A stretch of DNA of 64,000 bases from an uncultured Candidatus Actinomarina sp. (GTDB lineage Bacteria; Actinomycetota; Acidimicrobiia; Actinomarinales; Actinomarinaceae): positions 10,159 to 74,158 of the forward strand of contig CACAND010000001.1 in assembly GCA_902533795.1 (NCBI GenBank). The letters run 5' to 3'. Numbering within the stretch: the stretch's first letter is position 1; every line of letters starts with the position of its first letter. Below the pieces are notes generated by a model. The model had not been told where the DNA came from. It saw only the letters and a list, made by a program, of their open reading frames with translations, and made no database searches. Position numbers and translations under genes: made by a program. Of this stretch, positions 37,996 through 47,440 are shown in pieces.

Positions 37996-38534
37996 TTACT
38001 TGGTGTCCAATCATTTTCAAACTCTCTAGCTAGCATCCATAATAAGTCAGAGAGTCTGTTTAAATAAACAATTACCTCAGAATCGTTAATTTCTAAATGC
38101 TTTTGCCATCTTACACATTTTCTCTCTGCTCTTCTAGAAACTACTCTTGCCCAATCAAATTTTGCTGATATTTCATTTTCACCGGGGACAACAAAAAACT
38201 CTGGAATGCCATTTTTCTCTTCAAGAAAATCAATATCTTTCTCAAGTCTCAAAACCATCTTTTCTTCAACTAATGTTTCGTCAGGCTTTAATTTTTTTCT
38301 ATTTTCTTTTGTTGTTGCTAATTCAGCTCCAACAATAAATAATTCACGCTGAATACGAAGGACATTTTCTTTAACTTCAATTGGTAAATTATTGTCAGCT
38401 CTGATTAAACCTAATGCAGCAACAAGTTCATCAACGGATCCATAGGCATCTGGAGCTAGATCATCTTTTGATACTTTATCTCCAAAAAGCATCCTTGTTT
38501 GACCTTTATCTCCTTTTTTTGTATAAATCTTCAT
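37992..38534 (-). CDS. ATP:cob(I)alamin adenosyltransferase, PduO-type
   Basis: The true start is the internal Met (MKIYTKKGDKGQTRM...). The N-terminal motif and the LRIQRELFIVGAELA helix bundle are typical of PduO/MMAB. Confidence 0.7.
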   Translation of the reverse strand: MKIYTKKGDKGQTRMLFGDKVSKDDLAPDAYGSVDELVAALGLIRADNNLPIEVKENVLRIQRELFIVGAELATTKENRKKLKPDETLVEEKMVLRLEKDIDFLEEKNGIPEFFVVPGENEISAKFDWARVVSRRAERKCVRWQKHLEINDSEVIVYLNRLSDLLWMLAREFENDWTPSK

Positions 38535-38550
38535 AACAATAAATATAGTC

Positions 38551-39204
38551 TTAGGACAAAAGTAACAGACCTCCAGAAGCACCCAGAGAAACTATTAATG
38601 ATAGATAGCTAAGCCCAGTTGATGCCATTACTCCTGTATATGATTTTTCTCCAAGGGATTTGAAGGATGCAAAAGATAAGATGGAGGTAGAAAAATATAA
38701 AAATAAAACTACATTTTTGTACAGGATTTCAATATCTTCACCAATAAATTCAAAAAAGACTAAAGGTATGATTATTAAAGATTGAAGAGTGGAAAATAGT
38801 GCGATTTTCTTCATCCCTTGTTTTGATATTGTAGGATCAACTAAGAACCAATGACCTATCATCATTGAAGAAAAGACTCCACTAATCAAAGATATAGGAA
38901 ATATATTACTCAATATCAAATTAAATAAACTTACATCTAACTCAATTAAGAGTTGATAATTTAAAATTATAAAACTGGTCCCATATAAATATGTGTAATA
39001 TTTTTTGTTATCTATGAAGAGACTTAAGATTAATGGAACAATGCCAAAAATACTCAATATAGTAAATTTCAAAATTGCAACTGACGAAATTACAGAAATA
39101 AAGAGAATGCTGAAACCTTTTCGAGGTTGGATACGAAAATTTGAATACAGTAAGTAAGGTATGCAAAAAATCAACAAAACATAAACAAATAGGTTCAATT
39201 CCAT
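38551..39204 (-). CDS. polytopic membrane protein, hypothetical
   Basis: 217 aa with about 6 TM helices. No recognisable motif. Confidence 0.35.
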   Translation of the reverse strand: MELNLFVYVLLIFCIPYLLYSNFRIQPRKGFSILFISVISSVAILKFTILSIFGIVPLILSLFIDNKKYYTYLYGTSFIILNYQLLIELDVSLFNLILSNIFPISLISGVFSSMMIGHWFLVDPTISKQGMKKIALFSTLQSLIIIPLVFFEFIGEDIEILYKNVVLFLYFSTSILSFASFKSLGEKSYTGVMASTGLSYLSLIVSLGASGGLLLLS

Positions 39205-39226
39205 ATATCTTTTACAATAACAATAT

Positions 39227-39568
39227 ATGATAAAGAATATAAATCTTGAAAAAGTTTTAAAAGCAATGGTGATTGCTTTTTCATTTATATTTGTAACAAA
39301 TAATGTGGTCGACGGAAATGAGCTTTTTACTCAAAACTTTTTAATTTCATTTTTAATCTATTCGATTTTGAGTTTTGTGGCACTTTATGGCTTTGAGTTA
39401 AACAAAATTTTAGGTCTAGTTCTTTTTTTATCAATTTCACTATTATCTCCTGTTTTATTTCCAAGTTTTGAAGGGCAATTATTTCCAATTACGTATGTTG
39501 TATTTGCTCTATTTTTAACATATATAATTGGTATAGAAATGTATAAAAGATGGAAAACAAACCTATAA
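39227..39568 (+). CDS. small membrane protein, hypothetical
   Basis: 113 aa with 3 predicted TM helices. Divergent from the preceding gene. Confidence 0.3.
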   Translation: MIKNINLEKVLKAMVIAFSFIFVTNNVVDGNELFTQNFLISFLIYSILSFVALYGFELNKILGLVLFLSISLLSPVLFPSFEGQLFPITYVVFALFLTYIIGIEMYKRWKTNL

Positions 39569-39605
39569 ATTAAATAAAGCATGAAGGGTTGGTTAGAATA
39601 GAGTA

Positions 39606-42566
39606 ATGTTACGGGGCATTTCAAAAAAAATAAGTTTTATATTCCTTTTAGGAATGTTTTTATCTTTCTTAGGCCAAACGGAAGCTCACTCAAAGACAAT
39701 AATAAGATACGATATAAACCTTAACTGTGCCGAAAATGCTGTTGCCCCTCTAAACACAATCAAAGATATTCAAACATTTTTAAATTGTAATGGTTTTAGT
39801 CCAGGACCCATTGATGGTGTTTCTGGAGGAAGAACAGATGCTGCCGTAAAAAGTTTTCAAGCTTCCGTTGGACTTTCTGCAGATGGTGTTGTTGGTCCAG
39901 CTACAAAACAAGCAATGAGAAGCTACAGTTCGGTTTCATTTACTTTTACTGGAAGTGGATGGGGCCATGGTGTAGGTTTAAGTCAATACGGAACAAAAGG
40001 TCTTACAGAACTTGGTGCACAATTTTGTAGCAACACAAGTTCGTGTAGCTCTAGTGAGGTTGTAAATTATTACTTTCAAGGTACAAATGTTAAAAATTTA
40101 GGAGATATATCTTTGTCCTCTCCAGATATTGCATCAAGTAATAATGCACTTTGGGTAGGTTTAGCCAGAAATGCAAAAAATATAACTTTAACGACCCTTC
40201 CTTCTTCTAGCCCACCAACCCTTCAAATTTGTCAAGATGGATTATCAAACACAGCTGGTGTACAGCTATTTTTAACATCAAGAGGTTTTGAACCAGGACC
40301 AATTGATGGTGCTTATGGAGATAAAACTGCTGATGCTATCAGGAGTTACCAGGCATCAGTTGGCTTAGGTCAAACTGGAGCGATTAATGATGAACTGGTC
40401 AACAAAGTTAAATCTGATGCTTCATCTGATGGTCCATGTGAGTCTGTTTGGGGACCACTAAAAATCAGTGGTGGCGCAACTATAAATATTGTAAGTGGAG
40501 GAAATGGATGTTACATGACAGGTCACCCTATTGTTCCAAAAATTAGTGCTAGCTGCAATATGAGTATTAAATGGTCAGATGGTGGACGAATAAGAGTTGG
40601 TCCTCGTGAGCATAAACATGGAATTCTGAAATTGAGATCAAAAAATGTCTCATCAGGTTTTCATGTAGTGTTATCTGTTAATTTAGAAAAATACCTTTAT
40701 GGATTAGCAGAAATGCCCTCTCATTGGAATGTAAAAGCCTTAGAAGCTCAAGCTTTAGTTGGGAGAAGTTATGCAGTTTTTCACTATCTTGATGAAAATA
40801 TACCTTCCTCCGCAAATAACTTAGATGCAGGGCTAAGTGAAAAGCAAAAAGCCTATTGTTGGTGTCATATAGGATCAACCGCATCAAGTCAATACTATTA
40901 CGGATATCTTAAAGAAATTTCAGGTCCTAACTGGGTTCAAGCTGTAAATAATACATCTGGAAAAGTAATCACATACGATGGTTCCTACACACGGAGTGGA
41001 GTAATACAAGCATTTTATTCTTCTTCGACTGGAGGAAAAACTAACACTAATGTTGTAGGTTTTGGATCTGCAACGCCATGGCCTTATCTTAAAACTGTAG
41101 ATGATCCATGGTCGATAGATAATAGAGTAGGCAACTCTAAAGCTGCATGGTCTTTTGATTTTAATACCTATCAACTATCAAAAAATATCTTATGTGGTGA
41201 TACACCTTGTTTTGATGCTCTTACTGATATTTATGTTTCATCTGTTGCTGAATCTGGTGCTGCTTTGGAAGTTACAATGAAAGGTTTTAAAAATGGAGTA
41301 GCAAAATCAGTTACGAAGTCTGGCAGAAATATAAAATCTCAATTAGGTTTTAGATCGCACTATTTTAAAACTTCAAGCACATCTGATATATCAAACCTTG
41401 CTGTTGGTCCCGTACAAGCTAATACCTCTTCAAATGTAAATGGATCAACAGAAACTCTTTCGGCTGGAGAAACAGCACAATATGCTACTTCAAGTTCAGG
41501 ATTTTCATACCTAGCAAAAGCTGGTTTGATAAATAACTGTAGTAATAATTCCTCAGGGTGTCAGGCAAAAACATTAACCCGTGAAGAAGCAGCCGCAATA
41601 GTTACAGTAGTTGGAGGCATACCTCAAGACTCTCCAAATGCTTACAGTGATGACGACCAAAGCATCTATCAATCTGCAATTAACGGCTTGCCGTATTATG
41701 GAATGCAAGTATGTTTTGGAAGTCCATTCGAAATTTTACCAAAAGAAACTGTATCAAGAGAACAGTTTGCATGTTTAATCGTTCGATCTATAAACGCAGG
41801 ATCTACTAATAACCTAACTGGTTCAGAAGACAAATATTCTGATGATGGTGCAAGCAAATTTACTACTCCGATAAATACTTTAGCCGCAACTAATTCAATA
41901 CCGGCTTGCAGCTCTATAAATGATAAGTTTTGTCCTAGTAGAAAAATTTCAATTGGAGAGGTATCTTATATTATTGAAAAGCTCGTTAGTAAATCTTATA
42001 TATCATCTGATCTTTTTAATTCATCACCTTTCAATAATTCTTGGACACCTTTAAGCGGAGAAGTTGAAAATGTTACTGAGACAGCAGTTTCAAATCCTAA
42101 CGCTGGTAACGATGCTTGTGTGCCAAAAGATAATTCAGGACTAGTAATTAATTCAGTTTTAGATATTCAAAAATTTCTTTCAAATAACGGATTTAATCCG
42201 GGACCAATTGATGGCCAATCAGGGCCTAAGACAAAAGATGCAATAAGAGCTTTTCAGCAAAAAACTGGTCTTTACGCAGATGGAGTAGTTGGGCCTAAGA
42301 CAAAAGCTGCAATGAAGTCATATACAGGGTGTGAGTCAGGAAGTACATGTAAAGCAAGAGATAATACAAGTGCAAAATTAGATAGTGTATCTGGCATTCA
42401 AACATTTTTAGCAAATAATGGTTTTAATCCTGGAATTATTGATGGTGAAATGGGTTCTTATACAAGGGAAGCAATAAAAGCATTCCAAAGAAAAGTTGGT
42501 TTAATACCTGATGGAGAAGCGGGTACAAGAACAAAATCAGCAATGAAGTCGTATACAGGGTGCTAA
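39606..42566 (+). CDS. secreted SpoIID/LytB-domain protein with four peptidoglycan-binding (PG_binding_1) domains
   Basis: 986 aa. Signal peptide. PG-binding repeats (IQTFLNCNGFSPGPIDG...GVVGPATK) occur twice N-terminally and twice C-terminally. The central SpoIID/LytB core carries GWGHGVGLSQYGTKG. Confidence 0.7.
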   Translation: MLRGISKKISFIFLLGMFLSFLGQTEAHSKTIIRYDINLNCAENAVAPLNTIKDIQTFLNCNGFSPGPIDGVSGGRTDAAVKSFQASVGLSADGVVGPATKQAMRSYSSVSFTFTGSGWGHGVGLSQYGTKGLTELGAQFCSNTSSCSSSEVVNYYFQGTNVKNLGDISLSSPDIASSNNALWVGLARNAKNITLTTLPSSSPPTLQICQDGLSNTAGVQLFLTSRGFEPGPIDGAYGDKTADAIRSYQASVGLGQTGAINDELVNKVKSDASSDGPCESVWGPLKISGGATINIVSGGNGCYMTGHPIVPKISASCNMSIKWSDGGRIRVGPREHKHGILKLRSKNVSSGFHVVLSVNLEKYLYGLAEMPSHWNVKALEAQALVGRSYAVFHYLDENIPSSANNLDAGLSEKQKAYCWCHIGSTASSQYYYGYLKEISGPNWVQAVNNTSGKVITYDGSYTRSGVIQAFYSSSTGGKTNTNVVGFGSATPWPYLKTVDDPWSIDNRVGNSKAAWSFDFNTYQLSKNILCGDTPCFDALTDIYVSSVAESGAALEVTMKGFKNGVAKSVTKSGRNIKSQLGFRSHYFKTSSTSDISNLAVGPVQANTSSNVNGSTETLSAGETAQYATSSSGFSYLAKAGLINNCSNNSSGCQAKTLTREEAAAIVTVVGGIPQDSPNAYSDDDQSIYQSAINGLPYYGMQVCFGSPFEILPKETVSREQFACLIVRSINAGSTNNLTGSEDKYSDDGASKFTTPINTLAATNSIPACSSINDKFCPSRKISIGEVSYIIEKLVSKSYISSDLFNSSPFNNSWTPLSGEVENVTETAVSNPNAGNDACVPKDNSGLVINSVLDIQKFLSNNGFNPGPIDGQSGPKTKDAIRAFQQKTGLYADGVVGPKTKAAMKSYTGCESGSTCKARDNTSAKLDSVSGIQTFLANNGFNPGIIDGEMGSYTREAIKAFQRKVGLIPDGEAGTRTKSAMKSYTGC
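42140..42563 (+). repeat. tandem duplicated about 60-aa peptidoglycan-binding module at the C-terminus of the SpoIID-domain protein (each copy ends MKSYTGC)
   Basis: Direct protein-level repeat: ...IQKFLSNNGFNPGPIDGQSG...KAAMKSYTGC followed by ...IQTFLANNGFNPGIIDGEMG...KSAMKSYTGC. Confidence 0.6.
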
Positions 42567-44476
42567 TTAATTAATTTTTCTATTTCCTTTGATATTTTTT
42601 CTGCTGTAAATTCAAATTCTTTTTTAAGATCCTCAATTGGAGCTGATTTTCCAAATGAATTAATTGAAAAAGACTTTTTAATGTTCTTTATATAAGAATC
42701 CCATCCGACTGATCTCCCAAGTTCAATTGTAAATATTTCAGAATTTGGATTTAATAAATTTAAAGTTTCATTGTTTAATTTGTCAAGTATCGGGACACTG
42801 ATAATCTGAATTGATAAATCATGAAGCATATTACTGACATCTTGAGCAATTTCTAATTCAGATCCTGTTGCGAATATAGTGATATCTTGACCTGGAGAAA
42901 ATTCATATGCTCCCCTAATAAACTCTTCGTATTGTAAGTTGTTTTCCAAATATTTCATATCTTGTCTTGAAAGAACAAGTGCTGTTGGATTATTTTTATT
43001 TTCAAAAGCAAACCGATACGCATAAAGAATCTCATTATTGTTTGCTGGTCTAATTACCTCGAGGCCTGGTATGAGCCTTAAGGACATAAGATGTTCTATT
43101 GGCTGGTGTGTTGGGCCATCTTCACCTAAAAAGATTGAATCATGTGTAAATATAAATACTGAATTTGTCTTCATCAATGATGCAAGTCTTAAGCTCGGTC
43201 TCATGTAATCTGAAAATACTAAAAATGTAGACCCATAGGGCATTAAGTTGCTGTGTAAAGCAATACCGTTAACAATTCCACCCATGGCATGTTCTCTAAT
43301 ACCAAACTCAAGAGTTTTTCCGCTATAATTTTGAGATCCAAAAACTTCATCACTCACAATCTGCTTTGTTGAAGCTGCCAGATCAGCTGACCCACCAATG
43401 ATAAATTTATTTGATTTGCCTATTTCATTTAAAATTTTTCCGCCAACCACTCTTGAAGCTTGATCGTCAGACCATTCAAGTGATAGAGATTGAAAATCAA
43501 TATTATTAAATTCCTCCCACAGAATTTTAAAATTTACATCATTACTTATTTTTTTGTCTAAATTTGCTTTCCAATCCTGAAATGTCTTGTTATCTCTTTC
43601 TCTTTCATTGTTAAAGTAATCGTATACATCTGAACTATGAGCAAAAGGGTCACCAGAATAACCAATATTTTCTAAAAATAGCTCAAATTCCTTTCCCCCT
43701 AAAGGTGAGCCATGTACACCACTTGAATTTGCTTTATTGGGTGAGTATTTTCCAATCGTTGATTTTGCAATGATTAATGATGGCTTGTCAGTGATTTTTT
43801 GTGCATGATTTATTGCATCAATTATTTCTGATTCTTGATGTCCATCTATTTCGAGAACATCCCAGCCCATGGACAAAAACTTGTTTTTTTGATTTGTAAT
43901 TGAAACTTTTGTTACGTTTCCATCTATAGAAATATTGTTATCATCAAAAAAATAAATTATTTTTCCAAGTTTCCATAGGCCTGCAAGCTCTGCTGCTTCT
44001 GTTGATATTCCCTCCATCAAATCACCATCAGAGACAATTCCATAAATATAGTGATCAATAATGTCTTCTCCAAGAACACTGGAAAGATATCTTTCAGCTA
44101 CCGCTAAGCCAACACCATTTGCAAAGCCTTGACCAAGTGGACCTGTTGTAGTGTCAATACCAAGTTGAAAATCTTTTTCAGGATGTCCTGCAGTGACAGA
44201 TCCTAATTGACGAAAATTTTTTATATCATCCATTGAAATATCAAAACCATTGAAGTGTAGAAGGCTATATAAAAGCATAGAACCATGTCCTGCACTTAAT
44301 ACAAATCTATCTCTGTTTATCCAATCTGGATTTTTGTTTGAAGCTTTAAATGCATTTTTATAAATTGCAACACCAACGTCAGCCATTCCTAACGGCATGC
44401 CAGGATGACCTGAATTTGCTTTTTCTACCGCTGCAGCAGAAAGGACTCTTACAGACTTTGTTACATTGTCAAACAT
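42563..44476 (-). CDS. tkt: transketolase
   Basis: 637 aa. N-terminus RVLSAAAVEKANSGHPGMPLGMADV and the TPP-binding GDG region of transketolase. Confidence 0.9.
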   Translation of the reverse strand: MFDNVTKSVRVLSAAAVEKANSGHPGMPLGMADVGVAIYKNAFKASNKNPDWINRDRFVLSAGHGSMLLYSLLHFNGFDISMDDIKNFRQLGSVTAGHPEKDFQLGIDTTTGPLGQGFANGVGLAVAERYLSSVLGEDIIDHYIYGIVSDGDLMEGISTEAAELAGLWKLGKIIYFFDDNNISIDGNVTKVSITNQKNKFLSMGWDVLEIDGHQESEIIDAINHAQKITDKPSLIIAKSTIGKYSPNKANSSGVHGSPLGGKEFELFLENIGYSGDPFAHSSDVYDYFNNERERDNKTFQDWKANLDKKISNDVNFKILWEEFNNIDFQSLSLEWSDDQASRVVGGKILNEIGKSNKFIIGGSADLAASTKQIVSDEVFGSQNYSGKTLEFGIREHAMGGIVNGIALHSNLMPYGSTFLVFSDYMRPSLRLASLMKTNSVFIFTHDSIFLGEDGPTHQPIEHLMSLRLIPGLEVIRPANNNEILYAYRFAFENKNNPTALVLSRQDMKYLENNLQYEEFIRGAYEFSPGQDITIFATGSELEIAQDVSNMLHDLSIQIISVPILDKLNNETLNLLNPNSEIFTIELGRSVGWDSYIKNIKKSFSINSFGKSAPIEDLKKEFEFTAEKISKEIEKLIN

Positions 44477-44497
44477 TGCTTTAAGTATATTTATTAA

Positions 44498-46195
44498 TTA
44501 AATAGAGGCAAAGGAATCTTTTGCGTGATAAGAAGATCTTACAAGTGGGCCAGATTCAATATGCGGGATACCTAGCTCTTGACCAATAATTTTGTATTCT
44601 TCAAATTCTTCTTTAGGTGCATATCTATGGATAGGTCTGTGCCTTTGTGTAGGTCTTAAATACTGCCCGATTGTTACAATATCAATATCAATTTGAGATA
44701 AATCTTTTAAAACTGAAACTACTTCCTCAAACTCTTCACCCATTCCTAAAATTAAGCCTGTTTTCGTCTTGCCAAGAAAGTGAGAATCTTTTGCATATTG
44801 AAGCAAAGAAAGTGATCGTCCATATGAAGCTGCAGTTCTTATTTCTCTTTGTAATCTTGGGACCGTCTCAAGATTGTGGTTTAATACTTCTGGATTTGCA
44901 TTTATTATGTTATCTATCGCACCTCTATCTCCTTTAAAGTCAGGTACTAATACTTCAACTGAAGTTTGAGGATTCATATACTTAACTTCATCTATTGTTT
45001 TTGCGAAGAAATTTGAACCACCATCCTGTAGGTCATCTCTATTGACTGAGGTAATCACTGCATGAGTAAGCCCCATAATTTTTACACTTTCAGCAACTCT
45101 ATATGGCTCATCCATATCAAGAACTGTGGGTTTACCAGTATTTACATCACAAAATCCACAGGCTCTTGTACATGTTTCACCCATAATCATAAATGTTGCA
45201 GTGCCCATCGACCAACATTCGTAGATATTTGGACATGAAGCTTCTTCACAAACTGTATTCAATCTTTTTTCTTTAATCAAACTTTTGAGTGATAGATAAT
45301 CTTTTCCTAAGTTTGCTTTAACCTTCATCCATTCGGGTCTCGCAGGTTCATTTATTATTCTTGGTTCGGTAGAAACCGAACATTCGGGTCTTTCGAGTTC
45401 ATTTTTAGTGGTTTGGTTAATAGTCAATGAAATTCCATTCTTTGAAGAATCAAAAACACCTTTTTCAACTAGTTTATCAATGTCAAATTCCTTTTTTTTC
45501 TTCAGCTGTCGTGGTGTAAATTGTGCAAATTGTTCATCAACTTTTTTATATTCAAATATTTCTAAAAACTTTTTTGAAATTATATCGGTTACTTCTTTAA
45601 ATGAAATATCCTTGTCATAATTTTGAATTGCGACAATTCTTTCTTCACTGTCACCACAGGGATTTATGAAATCGTAACCTTTCGTATTATCTGTAATATT
45701 TAATGAAAAGCCGTGAAATGTAGTCCATTTGCTAACCTTAATTCCAATTGATGCTATTTTTCCATCTTTTGTCCAAACACCTGTATCGTCATGTTTTGAG
45801 AAAGCACAAATTGAAAATGTTGATAATGTATCGATTATGACTTTCTCAATTTTTCTAACAAACGGAATTACTTTTTTTGGATCATCTAATCTAATTATTG
45901 GATACCCAATTAATTGTCCATCCCCATGAAAAGTAATGTCACCTCCTCTATCGGTTTCATAAAATTCAATATTATTTTTATTTAATGTATCTTCGGAAAC
46001 TAAAAGATTATTCTTATCGCCTGATCTTCCAATAGTTATTACATTGTTATGTTCTAGTAAAAGCAAGTAATCATAATTAGATTTCTCAGAGCTTATTGAT
46101 GAATGCAGTCCTTTTTGAAGATCAATTGCTTCTTTATATGGAAGTTTTCCCAGCCATCTAATATTTAATTCTCTCAAGATATTTCCTGAGACCAA
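44498..46195 (-). CDS. lipBA: fused octanoyltransferase LipB / lipoyl synthase LipA
   Basis: 565 aa. The N-terminal approx 220 aa carry LipB motifs (ETDRGGDITFHGDGQLIGYPI; catalytic-type FINPCG). The C-terminal approx 320 aa carry the LipA radical-SAM motif CTRACGFC and the auxiliary cluster CEEASCPNIYEC. Confidence 0.8.
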   Translation of the reverse strand: MVSGNILRELNIRWLGKLPYKEAIDLQKGLHSSISSEKSNYDYLLLLEHNNVITIGRSGDKNNLLVSEDTLNKNNIEFYETDRGGDITFHGDGQLIGYPIIRLDDPKKVIPFVRKIEKVIIDTLSTFSICAFSKHDDTGVWTKDGKIASIGIKVSKWTTFHGFSLNITDNTKGYDFINPCGDSEERIVAIQNYDKDISFKEVTDIISKKFLEIFEYKKVDEQFAQFTPRQLKKKKEFDIDKLVEKGVFDSSKNGISLTINQTTKNELERPECSVSTEPRIINEPARPEWMKVKANLGKDYLSLKSLIKEKRLNTVCEEASCPNIYECWSMGTATFMIMGETCTRACGFCDVNTGKPTVLDMDEPYRVAESVKIMGLTHAVITSVNRDDLQDGGSNFFAKTIDEVKYMNPQTSVEVLVPDFKGDRGAIDNIINANPEVLNHNLETVPRLQREIRTAASYGRSLSLLQYAKDSHFLGKTKTGLILGMGEEFEEVVSVLKDLSQIDIDIVTIGQYLRPTQRHRPIHRYAPKEEFEEYKIIGQELGIPHIESGPLVRSSYHAKDSFASI

Positions 46196-47436
46196 TCGGT
46201 ACTTTCAATTCTTGTTTTAATTGAATTTAAAAATAACAAAGCAGTAGAACCATCAAAAACTCTATGATCCCATGTCAAACTCAGTATCCCAATATGCCTA
46301 ATTGAAATTGAATCTGATCCATCTTCTATCTCAATCACAACTGGACGCTTTTTCACTGATTCCGTTGAAAGAATAGCAACGTTTGGTTGATTGATTATTG
46401 GTGATGTTAAAAATGAATTGAAGGATCCATTGTTTGATATCGTAAATGTACTCCCCGACACATCGTCTAGGTTGTAACTTCCATCTCTAAGAAGAGCTGA
46501 AATCTCAGATATCTTTCTAGCCGTGCCAGTAAGATTATAAGAATCAGCCTCCTTTATTGTTCCAACAAGTAATCCCTCTTGGTTTATGTCGACTGCAATA
46601 CCCAATTGAATATTCTCGTGAATCAAATGAACATTTTTATCTAAATCAAAAGAGCTATTAACAACAGGAAATTCTCTTAAAGCGCTAACTACAGCTTTTG
46701 CAATGAATGGAAGATATGTAAGTGAAAAATTGTTTTCATTTTTAAAATTATCTTTAACTTTACTTCTTAAATTCTCTACGTTTTCAAAATCAACTTCAAC
46801 TGAAGTCATTACATGCGCAGAAGTTTGCTTTGAGTGAATCATGTTTTCAGCAATTTTCTTACGTAATCTAGGTATCTCGCCTGTATTTGTTGACTTATTA
46901 TTATCAGCAACTTCCTTCGGTTTTTGGTGACCATTATTTAAATACTTATCTATATCTTTTCTTGTAACTCGACCATCTTTTCCTGTGCCAGTAACTTGAA
47001 GTAGATCTATATTATTTTCTGAGGCAAGTTTTCTTACGACAGGTGAGACTTTGCCCAAGGCTTGAGTACTTTGTATAGTTTTGCTTTCAGTTACAGTCTG
47101 TTCATTTTCAAAAATTTCTTGAGCCGGTTCTTCTGTTTTTTCTATTTTGTCTTCTTGTTCTACTGATTGAGTTGCTTCAGCATTTAAGTTTTTGGTAGAA
47201 GTTCCGCCTAACTCTAATAATGGAGATCCTACTTCAACTGTCTCACCCTCTTCAACTAATAAAGCAGAAACAGTTCCGTTAAAGGGGCTAGGCACTTCAG
47301 TATCAACCTTATCGGTTGAAATTTCTAAGATTGGATCGTCTTCTTTAATTTCATCACCAACTTTTACAAGCCAGCGCAAAATAGTTCCCTCAGTAACAGT
47401 TTCTCCTAGTTGTGGCATTGTTATGCGTTCACTCAT
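46174..47436 (-). CDS. dihydrolipoamide acyltransferase (E2) of a 2-oxoacid dehydrogenase complex
   Basis: 420 aa. N-terminal lipoyl domain (EISTDKVDTEVPSP). Linker and PSBD (SPVVRKLASENNIDL). C-terminal catalytic domain with DHRVFDG. Confidence 0.85.
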   Translation of the reverse strand: MSERITMPQLGETVTEGTILRWLVKVGDEIKEDDPILEISTDKVDTEVPSPFNGTVSALLVEEGETVEVGSPLLELGGTSTKNLNAEATQSVEQEDKIEKTEEPAQEIFENEQTVTESKTIQSTQALGKVSPVVRKLASENNIDLLQVTGTGKDGRVTRKDIDKYLNNGHQKPKEVADNNKSTNTGEIPRLRKKIAENMIHSKQTSAHVMTSVEVDFENVENLRSKVKDNFKNENNFSLTYLPFIAKAVVSALREFPVVNSSFDLDKNVHLIHENIQLGIAVDINQEGLLVGTIKEADSYNLTGTARKISEISALLRDGSYNLDDVSGSTFTISNNGSFNSFLTSPIINQPNVAILSTESVKKRPVVIEIEDGSDSISIRHIGILSLTWDHRVFDGSTALLFLNSIKTRIESTDWSQEIS

Positions 47437-47440
47437 AATT

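Noticed and set aside
37992-38582. The full 196-aa ORF as the adenosyltransferase CDS
   Set aside because: The first 16 codons (MLLEVCYFCPKTIFIV) overlap the upstream membrane-protein gene and do not match the family. The conserved N-terminus begins at the internal MKIYTKKGDKG, so the CDS was trimmed to 37992..38534.
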